Part shown: one piece after another, positions 12,724 through 25,048 of the stretch | How positions within the stretch are numbered: the first letter of the stretch is position 1 | Layout of the letters: every line of letters starts with the position of its first letter | NCBI RefSeq assembly: GCF_036971445.1 | Contig: NC_091477.1 | Location: 44,144,001-44,208,000, forward strand | From: Narcine bancroftii | Lineage: Eukaryota | Length of the DNA: 64,000 bases | Direction: 5' to 3' | The notes under the pieces: generated by a model | What the model saw: the letters and a program-made list of their open reading frames with translations, nothing else | Databases searched by the model: none | What the model was told of the DNA's origin: nothing | Program-made: the position numbers and the translations under genes

Positions 12724-13115
12724 ATGGTTTTTACACAGCCATTGTGATAATTTATTGTCAATATTTTTCACGCTTACCCTACATAGTGGCCGTTCACACA
12801 GGAAGGATATTTACACTAAAATATCTGAGTCACGGTATTTCAAAGGCTGGACATTGGTCAACGCCAATCGAGGCATAGATTGCATAGGTGCAACGTACAG
12901 CGTCACTGCGTCAACGGCATCAGTGTACGTCGTATTCATCAAGGCCGTTGTTGTGGATGGCCTGCAGTTCAGTTTAGACTGTAGACAGTCTGCAAAAATG
13001 TCAAGGACTGCCAGAGGAAAAATTTCAGAATGTGAATGAGTCTCTCATTTCCTTTCCAAACTTTTCACACATCCTGCGTTGCGGGAAATTTTTGCACCAG
13101 CTGTGTAAAAACCAT
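12724..13115. mobile_element. MITE, probably PIF/Harbinger-like
   Basis: Perfect 16-bp inverted repeats ATGGTTTTTACACAGC (12724-12739) and GCTGTGTAAAAACCAT (13100-13115); internal TT(C/T)ACAC repeats; no clear TSD. Confidence 0.6.
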
Positions 13116-13365
13116 ATTTGATAGTGTTCATTGTAAAAACGAATGCAATGCTCTTGTTGTGACATGGCATCAGTACTTCACCTTGAGGAGATCACATTTG
13201 CATTACCTTCAATCAACCCCGCTGAACATCTTTCATATCTAACACCTTATAATGAAGTGATGCAAAGACCAGAAAGATTAAAGTGGTTCTTTGAAGCCCC
13301 TTTTATAGTAAAAATTAGTGATTTGTAAAGACAGGTTTCCTCTGCCTTTAAGATGCTCCACTTAC

Positions 13366-14017
13366 CTGCGTAAAAGGTCCAAAGGTGGATTGGCGGGTCC
13401 AATGCGATCCAGGTTCCCTCCGCCAAGAGTGGTAGCATCAAAGGTGGAGCAAAGTTGCTCCACCTCCTACATAAAAGAATTGCTGTTGAAAGCAGCTCCA
13501 AACAGGAAGGTAAGATGACTGACATTGTGCTGGCAGCCCCATTGCCCTGCTGCGCTGTCACAGAGCGGCTGGGGAGCTGTCAGGCTGCACTCGCTCACTC
13601 CGCCCTACCTCATCATGCTGCCCGCGCTCTAGCTCCCTCACTCCACCCAGCTCTCTCACACTTCCCACTCCCTCATGCCACCTACTCCCTTAAGCCACCC
13701 ATTTCCTTGCGTCACCTCGCTCCTGATAGGGCTGTCAGGCAGCGGGAGGTGGGTGGGATTGGTGTGGGGCTGATAGGGGGGAGATAGGGTGAGAGAAAGG
13801 AGGAATGGGAGAGAGAGGGAGGGGAGGAGGGGGAGGGGAATGGAGGAGGAAGGGACCGGGGCGGGGAGGCTGCCAAACAGCGGGGTGGCAGAGCTGTTGC
13901 TGGCGGCCGGCTGCTGTGCTACACATCCCACCCCCTTTTGCTCTGGGAAGATGGTGTGCTGCTCTGGCCTACATAAAAGGACTGCATGATTCGTCTTTTC
14001 AGTCCTCAGCATAAACG
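13366..14017. promoter_or_regulatory. GC-rich promoter / first-exon region of an unidentified host gene
   Basis: Local GC and CpG enrichment outside any recognisable TE; GC box GGGGCGGGG near 13857-13866; purine tract; donor-like sites CAG|GTAAGT (minus, exon end 13366), AAG|GTAAGA (plus, 13509) and ACG|GTAAAT (plus, 14017). Confidence 0.5.
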
Positions 14018-14605
14018 GTAAATCCACCCTTCTTTTTGAAATGTGAGCAGGCGAAAATGTGGCTTTTGTGCATAAAATCACTGTTAGTTAACAAGAGAGC
14101 GTAAGTTGGCCACTATCTTGGATGTGGTAATAAAGAAAATAGTCTTTGTTCTACATTGTACGTTTGCCTAATTAATTGCACATATCAAAGACTTGTCAGT
14201 CACAATTTCTACTCTGCAGTAGAAGCCCAGTGGAAAAGTTATATTATTGTCCAGAATATATACCTTCACAAAACCAACAAGCTCCACTGAAACGGACATA
14301 TTCCTCAGCGAATAAGCAATTGTAAAGTTATATAGATGGAAAAAAACTTGAAATTGTGTCACTTAAAAGTTACGAGATGGAAGAATGTAAACATGAACTT
14401 GAGAAGGTCATGGTGATTCGGGAAAGGTATAGAAACTAAAGACCCATATTCATTCAGCTGCCAAACAATAATTGGGCAGTTAAATAAAAGTGAAGTAAAT
14501 CACAAAAATCTGTAGACACAGTGATTGAGTTAAAAACATAAAATGCTGGAGAAAAGCAGCAGGTCAAACCGTGTCCTTTATGGAGCAAAGGTAAAAAATA
14601 CATAA

Positions 14606-14636
14606 CTGATGTTCAGGCTTGAGCCCTTCATCAAGA
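14606..14636 (-). ncRNA. Degenerate minimal hammerhead ribozyme motif of the PLE terminal repeat
   Basis: Minus strand TTGATGA-AGGGC-TCAA-GCCT-GAACATC versus the core CUGAnGA-stemII-GAAAC; core positions are mutated, so it is probably inactive. Confidence 0.55.
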
Positions 14637-16782
14637 TATGAGAGAATGTCCACAGGCGTATAAAGAAAAGGATGGGGGAAGGCAGGAGTTGATAGGTGGA
14701 GAAGGGAGGGAGGGACAGCAGCAATTGGGGAGGAGGTATGGCTGGGTGGGTGGAGAGGGAATGGAAGTAGGAGAACTTAAAAAATTGGAAATGGGGAGGG
14801 GAAAAAAAAGGCGAGCAGGTTAGCAGAAAGCAGAGAAGTTTATGTTAATGCCATCTGGCTGGAGAGTGCCCAGACAGAAAATCAGGTGTTGTTCCTCCAA
14901 TCTGTGGGTGGTCAGGCTGGGATAGTACACAAGGCCATGGACAGGCATATGAGCATAGGAGTGTGAATTGAAATGGTTGGCCTCTGAGAAGTCTCTGTTG
15001 AGGCGGAGGGAATGGAGGTGCTCAGTGAAATGAACTCCCAATTTGCGAACAGTCTCTCCAACGTAGAGGAGGCCACAAAGGGAGTACCGGATGCATTAAA
15101 TCAGTCTTGTGTATATAAGTGAAGTATTGCTTCACTTAAAAGATCAGTTTGTGGACTTGGACCGTGGTGAGAGAGGAGGTGTGGGCACATGTGTTGCACC
15201 TCCTGTGGCCACAGGGGAAGATGCTGGGGGGTGGCGCGATAGGTGGGGAGGGATGAGTGCATGAGGGAATCAAGGAGGGAGCGGTCCTTACAGAAGGCAG
15301 AGAGGGGAGGAAAATGTGTCTGGTGGTGGGATCCTGTAGTAAGCGGTGGAAATTCCAGCAGATAATGTGTTGGATGTGAAGGCTGGTGGTATGGTAGGTG
15401 AGACTGAGGGGGATTCTATGTTTGTTGTGTCTAGGGGCAGAGGGGGCCAGGGCAGATGAGTGGGAAATGGAAGAGATGCAGGTGAGGGCTGAGTTGATGG
15501 TGATAGAGGGGAAGCCATATTTGTAGAAGAAGGCAGACATTTCGGAAGCTCTGGACTGGAAGACCTCATCTTGGGAACAGATGAAGTGGAGATGGAGAAA
15601 TTGAGAGAAGGGGATGGAATCCTTGCAGGGTGTGAGGAAGTGTAGCCAAGGTACTTGTGGGTGTTAGAGGGTTTGTAATATATGTCGGTGGAAAGCTTGT
15701 CTCCTGAGATGGGAACAGAGAGATCCAGGAAGGGGAGTGTGTTGTTGGAGATGGACCAGGTGAGTTTGAGATCAGGGTGGAAGATGGCTCCAAAGTGGAT
15801 GAAGTTGACAAGCTCATTGTGGGTGCATGAGGTATCCCCGATGTAGTCATCAATAAACCAGAGGAAGAGTTGAGGGATCTTGCCTGTGTTGGCTTTGCTC
15901 CACAAAGCCCAGAAATAGGCAGGCGTAGCTGGGACCCATGCAGGTACCCATGACTACTCCTTTAATTTGGAGGAAGTGAGATGAGTTAAAGGAGAAGTTA
16001 TTTAAAGTGAGGACAAGTTCTGCCAAGTGCAGGAGGGTGGTGGTAGAGGGTGACTGCTCAGGTCTTTGGTCCAGAAAGAAGCTAAGTACTTTCAGACCTT
16101 CTGTAGGGGAATGGAGGTATAAAGGGATTGGACATCTATTGTGAAGATGAGGCAGTCCGGTTCAGGGAATCTGAGGTGAAGGGCATGTGAGGTGTCATGG
16201 ATATAGGTGGGAAGGGATTAGACCAGGGGAGAAAAGATAGTCAAGGTGAAATGAAACTAGTTTGGTGGGGCAAGAGCAGGCAGAAACAATGGGTCTACCC
16301 TGGTGGTAAGGTTTGTGTATCTTGGATAGAAGTAGAAATGAGCAATAGGGGGATGGAAGATGAGGTTGTCAGCCATAGAGGGGAGGTGACCAGAGGTGAT
16401 ATGGTTGGAGATGGTGTTGGAAATAGTGGGTTGATTTGCCATGGTGGGGTCCTGTGGAAGGGGTAGATAGGAGGAGGTGTTTGAGAGCTGTCAACTGGCC
16501 TTGGCAAGGTAGAGGTCAATGCGCCATACCGCAACAGCAGCACTCTTGTCTGTGGGGTTGATGATGAGAATGGGAGAGATTGGAGGGGCAGAGCATTCAG
16601 AGGAGATTAAATTAAAATATGAGAAGGGGGGTGGTAAAGTTGAGATGGTTGATGTCTCAATGGCAGTTGGAAATAAAGCGGTCCAGAGTGGACAGATGGC
16701 CAGGAAGAGGTGTCCAGGAGGAGGAAAAAGGCTTGAAGTGGGAGAAAGGGTCTTGGGTAGGGGGGGATGGTAGAGACTCACA

Positions 16783-17381
16783 GTCACCTCCCCTCTATGG
16801 CTGACAACCTCATCTCCCATCCCCCTATTACTCATTTCTACTTCTATCCAAGATACCCAAACCTTACCACCAGGGTAGACCCATTGTTTCTGCCTGTTTT
16901 TTCCCCACTAAACTAGTTTCATTTCACCTTGACTATCTTTTCTCCCCTGGTCTAATCCCTTCCCACCTATATCCATGACACCTCACATGCCCTTCACCTC
17001 AGATTCCCTGAGGTCTCATCTTCACGAAGGATGTCCAATCCCTTTATACCTCCATTCCCCTATAGAAGGTCTGAAAGTGCTTAGCTTCTTTCTGGACCAA
17101 AGACCTGAGCAGTCACCCTCTACCACCACCCTCTCCACCTGGCAGAACTTGTCCTCACTTTAAATAACTTCTCCTTTAACTCATCTCACTTCCTCCAAAT
17201 TAATGGAGTAGTCATGGGTACCCGCATGGGTCCCAGCTATGGCTGCCTATTTCTGGGCTTTGTGGAGCAAAGCCAACACAGACAAGACCCCTCAACTCTT
17301 CCTCTGGTTTATTGATGACTACATCGGGGATACCTCATGCACCCACAATGAGCTTGTCAACTTCATCCACTTCGTGGCCAA
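16783..17381 (+). repeat. Inverted duplicate (about 600 bp) of PLE segment 15785-16391, inserted within the same element
   Basis: Reverse-complement match throughout (GTCACCTCCCCTCTATGG... to ...CTTCATCCAC); the PLE minus-strand sequence resumes on both sides. Confidence 0.9.
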
Positions 17382-17684
17382 ATTCCAGAGTGAGCCCAGA
17401 GGCAGGGGCAATGGAAGAAGAGTTTGGCATTGTGGTATGCATGGAACTCAATGAGGTCCGGGGAGAGGAGAATGAAGGTGAGGTCTCTACTGAGGATAGA
17501 GCTTTGTCTCAGAGAGGGGAAGGTCAGGGGGAATAATAAAGACTAAGCAGGGGCTAGAATGGGAATCAGTGTTGTGGGGACGTCTAAGTGTGGAGATGGA
17601 AGGTGGGGGTTGGTTGGAGGGAGGAGGAAGAGGGTTGGGGAGGTTGGCAGGGGAAGGAGTTTTGTGGTTGGGGGAGATCAGCGG

Positions 17685-17900
17685 GAGGAGGTGGGGGTGG
17701 GGAGGTCAGGGGAGGGGGTAGAAGAGTAACCAGAGAGAGGAGGGTGGGGAGGTCAGGGGGGGAGTAGGAGGGGTAACCAGAGAGTGGAGGGTGGGGGAGG
17801 TCAGGGGGAGAGGGGGGTAGGAGGAGTAAGAGAAGAGGGTGGGGGAGGTCAGGAGGGAGGGGGGTAGGAGGGGTAACCAGAGAGAGGAGGGAGAGATGAG
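17685..17900 (+). repeat. G-rich degenerate tandem repeat (about 50-bp unit) in the PLE 5' region
   Basis: Recurrent GGGGAGGTCAGGGG...GGGTAGGAGGGGTAACCAGAGAG units. Confidence 0.75.
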
Positions 17901-20706
17901 ATCTGAGGGTTAGGGGGTTGGGGAGAAGAGAGGGGGAGATGGGTGGTGGAGTAGGGAGAGGTGTAGGAGGATAGGGTAGGATTAGTAAGGGGGATGTGAG
18001 TGGGATCCACCAGCGAGATCAGGACTCCAGTAGCAGTCTGTGTTGGGAGCCACGTGGCTGGTGTCAGCGTGGGAAGCTCCAGCGTCGGGATGTGAAATGA
18101 ATGACAGAAGAAATAGAAATGTGAGTGATAACAGTTGTTAGAGCAGGTCCTTTAACAAACAAGAATTCTGCTCGACTAACTTATGATCCAGCAATAAAGG
18201 CAAAAATTTTCTCCCTAAAATTCTCTATAGAATGTTGGTTTCAGAATCTTCTTCACAGCTAGGATTTCTTTCAGCCCAAAATATTGTGGAATCTCTGAAC
18301 ATTTTTGCTTAGAAACTCTTTGCAGGTCATTTGCATCAAGTGCATTTCATAATAGCCTCTGAGCATTGCATTCTGCCTCCAAAACTTGTTTCAGCCACTT
18401 CAATTAAATACTGTACATGATAGAAACACTCTAAAAATCACAGATGTGCTTGCTAGACTTAATGTTATGAACCAAGAAAATAAGTTTTGACTGTTTATGA
18501 TTTATCCTTCCCCCCACTGTGACTTCAGTCTTGAAATGGAAACATGTAAATGTGTCCACAATAAATAGACAAAGTGAATGGCATCTGTAGTTCCCCTAGA
18601 ATTGTTTGAAGATGTGGAGAGTAATCCTGCAGAATTCCAGGTGGCTTTCCTTTCTATTTTTATCTTAATGAAACTTTTACTCTCCATGAAGGTGTTCTCA
18701 GGGACCCACAGAGGGCGTGGAACAACTGGTCCATCTTTTAACACCTGTCAGTAGAATATGTCAACTCGATTGTGACTCAGTTATTTTCCAATAAATCTCC
18801 CTGACAGACAGTTAAAAAAAGAACGTTCACCTACTGATTTTATCAGGGTTTCCTCAGGCTGTAAGAGGAAGAGTTTAGCAAAATGCCTTTCACTGAGACT
18901 GAATAAACACAACACATTTATGTTCATTGTACATAAGGAAATATTTCGGCTAAATATTTAGACAACTGAGCAAACATACCAACATGTGCAGGTGTATGTT
19001 AGAATTAGCATTCAGAATGTGCATGAAGATGAATTACACAGGAAAAAAGTCAGTGAAACTGGCTTATCTGTGCTTCAATGAAGGTGATAACTGGCTTTGA
19101 ATTGTATTCCGATTTACCCAGTACCAACTCTGCCATATAATATTCCTTGGATAAGGGAAAAAATAACTTTTGCTTGATTTTGCTTGACCTAGCTACATCT
19201 CATGCCAATTGCTGTAAACATTGCACATCCACAGCTGAGGCACTTTTTATGAATAAATCACAAACCTTTTGTTATCAAATCATCTCAACAACAGTCCACA
19301 CTGGGCGGGTGGGTAGATGAGGAACACGGATCATAAAGACCACGGTTTGATCATGAGCCTGTGCTGAGATAACGACTCTGAGATATAAGATGCTCAAATA
19401 CAATGCACTAGTTATCGAAAGAGAGTGTATACAATTCCACCGAGGTTGTTCTCTTGATAACTGTGCTTTCAGCTATTTGGGCCCTAAAATCTAAAATCCC
19501 TCCCTAAACATTTCTGCCTTTTCCTGCTTACTCTCCTCTTTCAACATGCTTTTTAAAGCCTTGCTCTTTGATGGCCTCCATCGAACACACGTAGCCTTTT
19601 TTTTCCAGTCACATGTACGGATGGTCTTAGGTGGCATAGGTCATAAGTCGGGTAGAGGCTGTACGGTATATTTGCTCATGTGACGCAGCAGCAAATTCTT
19701 GTCTCATAAAATGCCTTCTCTGCCTTATGATGTTTCATTATGTCAAAGAACAATATAAATGCAAACTCTGTGTGTGTATGTGTACATTAGTATGTGCTGA
19801 TTTATTTTGTGGTGAGTGAGCCATGGATAAGGCACAATGTTTGGACGAATTTTACCAACTGCAAAATCATCTTCCTTTCTGGATTAAACTGTTATCTTCT
19901 TGACAAGCTTCCTTCATTTTTATCCAAATGAATAGGTCAGACTACTAACACTTAAATCTTATGAGTGGTGAGGACAACCTGCAATATACAGCCCTCTGTT
20001 TTGCAGAAATATTCTTCAGGGAAATAATAAGAACACCATGTCTATTCACCACAATGGCTGAATGCAGTCTGACCGTAGCCCACTGACATCAAAGTCCCAC
20101 AATGTTACATACACTGGGGGTTTTACACCCCATTCTGCCAAGGTCATGAGGACTGGATGCCAATGGCTATTCCCTATCCTCTCTAAGTGTCTGCTGAGGT
20201 TAAGGGGCACCCTTCACTGCACATCATAGCGTCCTTGATATGCACACAACAGAGTTATAGTGAGTGTTTGCCAGGAATCTCTGAGAGCTGCACTTAAACC
20301 ATAAAGGAGAAACTACTTGTAGCCCTGCATGTGGCCCACAAGTTGTGATATAGACCCCCCCCCCCCGCCGCCCCCGAATTAGAGCGAGCCTATTATTATT
20401 GCCTCAGTTAGATCAGCAAACACAGCACAGACTCTGGATCAAACCTGGAATTTTTTTCTAATCTGCGTAGCACAGTAACACATTGGGGTATCAGGTGGAC
20501 CCTCTGTGGAAGTCTGTTCAGGCTTACATTGTAATTGTGCATTTTGTATGCACTAGAATACTGCAGACATATTTACATGTCTATGACAGTTGACTTTAAA
20601 CTATTATAAGTGTAGCAAATACATTGAATGGAGAAGGTGACAGATAGACTTCAGACTAGGTATTGGATTGATAGGATAGCCATTTATTTCATTGCCACTG
20701 AGAATA

Positions 20707-20975
20707 TGGTTGGCGTGGTGGTTACCCCATTGCCTTTACAGCGTCAGCTATCGGGTCTGGACCGAAGTTCAAGTACCGTGCCAACTGTAAGGAGTTGGTA
20801 CGTCCTCCCTGTGTCTGCATGGGTTTTCTCCAGAGACTCCGGTTTCCTCCAACCCTTCAAAGCATACCAGGGTTGTAGGTTAATTGGGTGTTAATAGATA
20901 CATTGGGGGACGCAGACTCGTGGGCTGAAGTGGCCTGTAACCATACTATTTGTCTAAACTTAAAATTTATTTTTA
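20707..20975 (+). mobile_element. V-SINE (tRNA-derived head, V-domain)
   Basis: A/B-box-like head; V-domain GGAGTTGGTACGTCCTCCCTGTGTCTGCATGGGTTTTCTCC...TCCGGTTTCCTCC; AT-rich tail. Confidence 0.8.
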
Positions 20976-21315
20976 TTTAACTAATTGAGAAATTTATGTA
21001 TCAAGCCTGGCAATTGAATAGCCTCCTAATATTTGCTGCCAAAGGTAAATAACTCTCAACTGGCCAGTATACCATAAAATAAGTGTCACGTGGAAATATT
21101 CCCCAGCAAATGAAGAGAAATAAAATCAGCAGAGGAGTGGGCAATAAAAAAATACTTTAGAATGATTCCTGTCTGCAGCATTTCAATATTGAAATTCTCA
21201 GACCCTGGTGCTCAGTCTGTCTGCATTGAGTGCATTGTATGAGATTTTTTCCCCCCTCTCTCTATTGAGGACAGCAGTGATTAATTCAATAAATATATTT
21301 CCTTCCTTTTACCAG

Positions 21316-21638
21316 CCTGTGCCGCAGACAGCTTTAATCCACATTCTCCCAGCACAAAGGACCATTCAGATGCAAATGAGATGAATCGGGCAAGTAATGT
21401 ATACACTGATTGAGGTGCAATAATCCGCAACTAATATCTGTGTGCACTGTCTGAGAGAGATCCGACGACTCAAGAACGTTCCTATGCATCTCTACAACAA
21501 AGACATCAACCTTTAGTCTGTCCTTCAAATGGGCTCTGGTGTTCTCACTCATTGAGATGTTACAGTCAATAACACCATTGTGTGGGACACAGTCCATTAA
21601 GCAGAGAAGCACTGAAAGTCCAAGACTGCTCTTCACAG
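21316..21638 (+). other. Candidate host exon, probably 5'UTR or non-coding
   Basis: Polypyrimidine tract plus CAG acceptor (21313-21315), consensus donor CAG|GTAAGT, non-repetitive sequence, stops in all three frames. Confidence 0.4.
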
Positions 21639-21984
21639 GTAAGTGCCAGAGACACAAGGTGAGACTTTACCAATAAAATTTAATCCATTGCTGTTAAGAA
21701 GTGAAACATTGTCCTGTCTCATGAACAACCTCTCTATACATTTACAATCGGAAAAGCATTTTCTGACTCAAATGGGGGTTGTCTTGTGATTTCCCAAAAT
21801 GCCGTGGTGATACTCATGGTTACCTGGTGCCACTGGGAATTCAAAGAATTACTTGAAGCATTGGAATTTAATACGAATAAAATACAGACTCAGTTATAGC
21901 TACAGTGTCTTATTTAAAGTATCAAAGAGAGAATCGGAATTTCTTGTCATAAACGTAATTAAATTTGTTGTTTTGAAGCAGTAT

Positions 21985-23165
21985 TCCAGTTGCAAAATTA
22001 CTATCAATTAGATATTTAAAAAAGAAATAATTTAGTGCAGAAGAAGAGAAAGTGAGGTAGTGTCCGTGGTTTATTGTCCATACATAAATCTGATAGCAGA
22101 GTGGAAGAAACTGTTTGGTACTTCTCATCTGTTGCCTTCTATGGATGCCTCCTGACCTGCTAAACCCCTCCAGCATTTTGCGTGTTTCTTCAATCTTTGT
22201 GTGTTAGTCTTCAGAGGCTCCAGTACCTCCTTCCTGATGAGAGGAGTAGGTCATTTCAGTTCTGGCCTCCGCCTGGAAACCGGCTACGGGGCGGATCGAA
22301 AATCTGGAACCATTCAGTCTGCAGCCCAAAAAGGCTGCACCAGTGTCCCATCCAAAGGAGAGGTGGGTCGACTGGTGCTGTAGCACCACCCATTATCAAT
22401 ACACGGCTGAGCAATGGCCGTCTTCCCTCCCCATAATCCCTCATGCAGCTGAAACTGCTCTATGATTCTCAGAACAGTTCCATCTGCATGGGGGATTATG
22501 GGTAGAGAAGACAGCCATTGCTCTGCTGCATTTTGAGCCACAGAGAGCGGCCTCGAAGACCAAAGAGACCCGGTGTGGCTGTCCCAGACCGCACCGGCCA
22601 CCTCCTGACGGTCCCCGCTTCCCCGCCGGTCCCTGCTGCCCCGACTGCTCCCGCTGCCCCGCCAGCTCCCCGCTGCCCCAACGGCTCCCCATTGCCCCAA
22701 TGGCTCCCCATTGCCCCGATGGCTCCCCGCCGCCCAAACGGCTCCTCACCGCCCCTGACTTGGAAGGAGAGGGGTGAGTGGGGAGATGGGTTGCCAGCTG
22801 ATGGAATCATCAGCACGCCCCCAAACAGCTGCCTCGTGCAGCTGCCAATTCAGATCGATCTTCAGAGGGCTGCACTGCCTAAATTATCCCTCTTGGAGAG
22901 GGGTTGGATTACACGGCTTGGACACAGCCTCCACACATTCAGAGAGATAGGTCATTATGCATTTTGGCAGAGTTTCTCCGCCTTTACATCCCAACCTTTG
23001 GGCTATCTGAAATGGCCTCTAATGAGAAGAGGGCATGGCCTGGGTGGTGAGGGTCCTTGAGGAAGGAGGCTGCTTTCTTTGGATTCCGCCTCTTGCAAAT
23101 GTCCTTAATGGAGTGAAGACTCATGCCCATGATGGTGCTGTCCAAGTTCACAACTCTCTCTAGCC
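21985..23165 (-). mobile_element. Rex1-like 3' fragment with nested PLE-tail remnant (about 22115-22190) and MITE
   Basis: Plus-strand GTGAGGTAGTGTCCGTGG..AATCTGATAGCAGAGTGGAAGAAACTG and GAGAAGAGGGCATGGCCTGGGTGGTGAGGGTCCTTGA, similar to the Rex1 3' ends at 42900 and 49600. Confidence 0.7.
22248..23018. mobile_element. GC-rich non-autonomous DNA transposon, PIF/Harbinger-like
   Basis: TIRs AGGTCATTTCAG and CTGAAATGGCCT; interrupts the Rex1 fragment; internal GC-rich tandem repeats (GGCTCCCCATTGCCCC). Confidence 0.7.
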
Positions 23166-23602
23166 ATTAGGCGTCACTTGTGGAAAAGAGAAAAGTAACC
23201 GCTGCTGGATTGTGGAGAAAGTGCATAAAGATCAGTTTAATTTAGTTAGCAAATCAACATCTGCATTGATTCATTGCATCATTCTGATTTTTAAAAATTT
23301 CTCCAAATGGTTTGGATGGCAGCATATGAAGGTAATTTATAATTATATGAATTTCCAGGTATGCCATATATAATTTCCCAGTAGACAGGGCTGTCAGCCA
23401 GGTGAGCTCCTGCCAGGGGCCCATCAATTTATGCAACTCAACAGCTATCAGAAGCTGTCTGTGGTGATCTGTGCACTGCAATGTTTTCTGCCTTTTTTTG
23501 GAGTTTAACTCAGGCCAGGATGAAATTGTATGCACTTGAAAAAAAAGCTAAACAAGGATAAACATCTTTAACTTAGCGAAAACCTGATGAAAATCTTAAA
23601 AG

Positions 23603-24560
23603 AAAGTGGTGTTCCACAGAGGTCAGTGCCGGGACCTCTGATGTTCGTGATTTAAATGATTTGGATGTCATTGTCAGAATAGTAAAAGAAAAACTGCTGG
23701 ATGAACTCAGCAGGACAGGCAACATCCATGGAATCTAATAGAAAGCCAGTGTAATGGCCTGATATGCTGCTTCTGGACCGGGAAAAGAAAAACAGGCAGT
23801 ATTAAAGAGGAGAGGGAGGTTGGGGAGTGGGGGGGGGGGGGATGGTGGTTAGCAAGTGCTAGGTGAATCGAGGAGGGGTGAAGGATGACAGACACATAGA
23901 ACCAGGAGTGGCAGCAGGAGGCGTGGTATTAGGAGACAGAAGCAAGAGAGTGATAGGTGGAAGCAAAGGGGGAAAAAGATGGATGGACGTTTGCAGACAA
24001 CGCCAAAATTGGTGGAGTTGTGGACAGTGAAGAGAATTGTCAAAGGATACTGCAGGATACAGATCAGATGGAGATAAAGGTGGAGAAATGGCAAATGAAG
24101 TTTTATCTGGATGTGTGAGGTGGTGGACTTTGGGAGGTCAAATGTAAGGGGAAAGTATAGAGTAAATGGTGGGACCCTTAATAGTATTGATGTAGTGAGA
24201 GAAGTTGGGTGAAAGTCCATAGCTCCCTGAAAATGGCCAAACAAGTAGATAAGATGGTAAAGGAGGCCTAATTGGTTGGGGCATTGAATATAAAAGTGGG
24301 CAAGAGGTTGCAGCTATATAAAACTTTGATTAGGCCGCATTTGGAGTATTGTGTGCTGTTCTAGTCATTGCATTACAGGAAAGATGTAAAGTGTTTGGAG
24401 CGTGTATAGAAAAGGTTAATCAGGACATGGCCTGGATTAAACAGTATTAGCTATATGGAGAGGATGGACAAACTTGTATTGTTTTCTCTGGAGGCTGAGA
24501 GAAAATCTGTTCGAAATTTATAAATTCATGAAAGGCATAAAAGGTGTAGATGGACAAAGT
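23603..24560 (+). mobile_element. CR1 RT / 3' fragment with nested PLE-tail piece (about 23685-23985)
   Basis: SGVPQ-SV-GPLMF, FAD-AKIGGVVDSEE and RPHLEYCV-F motifs. Confidence 0.8.
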
Positions 24561-25048
24561 CTGCCACTGTGGTCCTGACCTATGCCTTACAGATGGTGAC
24601 CTTATCACCTCAGTATTTTATGGCAGTCATCCACTGAGCTTCTGGTCAGTGCTGAATATTTCTAGCATGTCTTTGCCTTGGTTAAGCTGTGTTACCGCAT
24701 TTGTAGTGTGATTATTTTCCCACAAATTTTATCATAAAAATTAACATGCCAAATTTATGTGTCAATTAAATGCTGGAATGATCTGTGATATTATCCATTA
24801 TCAAAGATATAATATACTTCATATTGTAAATAAAACTCCAATATGTTTGATGATTTTCTATCTGTGACTAGTTTATGAAATGCTTCTGAAGTGTTCTCAT
24901 TGTTGTAAACAGAAAAAAACAGATGACCAATTTGCACATAACAATATTAGTTCTGTACTATTAATATGTTTTTTTTTATACTATGAATTCAAGCCATCAG
25001 GAGGAAGGTATATCTGAGTGCAAACAATGAATATTTAAAGACATAGCA

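Larger units (their letters stand above)
14490..18130 (-). mobile_element. Penelope-like element (RT plus GIY-YIG), degenerate
   Basis: RT motifs GV-MGT-MGPSYA, FIDDYIG and LPFLDLSV; GIY-YIG tail (YVGET, NHFNS, RLEEQHLIFCLGTLQPDGINI-FS); hammerhead-bearing tail at about 14490-14640; N-terminal PPDLPLS...LSR-LTF near 17470-17530. Confidence 0.88.

Noticed and set aside
20707-20790. tRNA-like A/B boxes
   Set aside because: This is a SINE head, not a tRNA gene; there is no cloverleaf and it continues into the V-domain.
22300-23060. Cluster of overlapping Pro/Ala/Gly-rich ORFs in a CpG-island-like patch
   Set aside because: They lie inside a TIR-bounded GC-rich transposon with tandem repeats; the ORFs reflect stop-codon scarcity.
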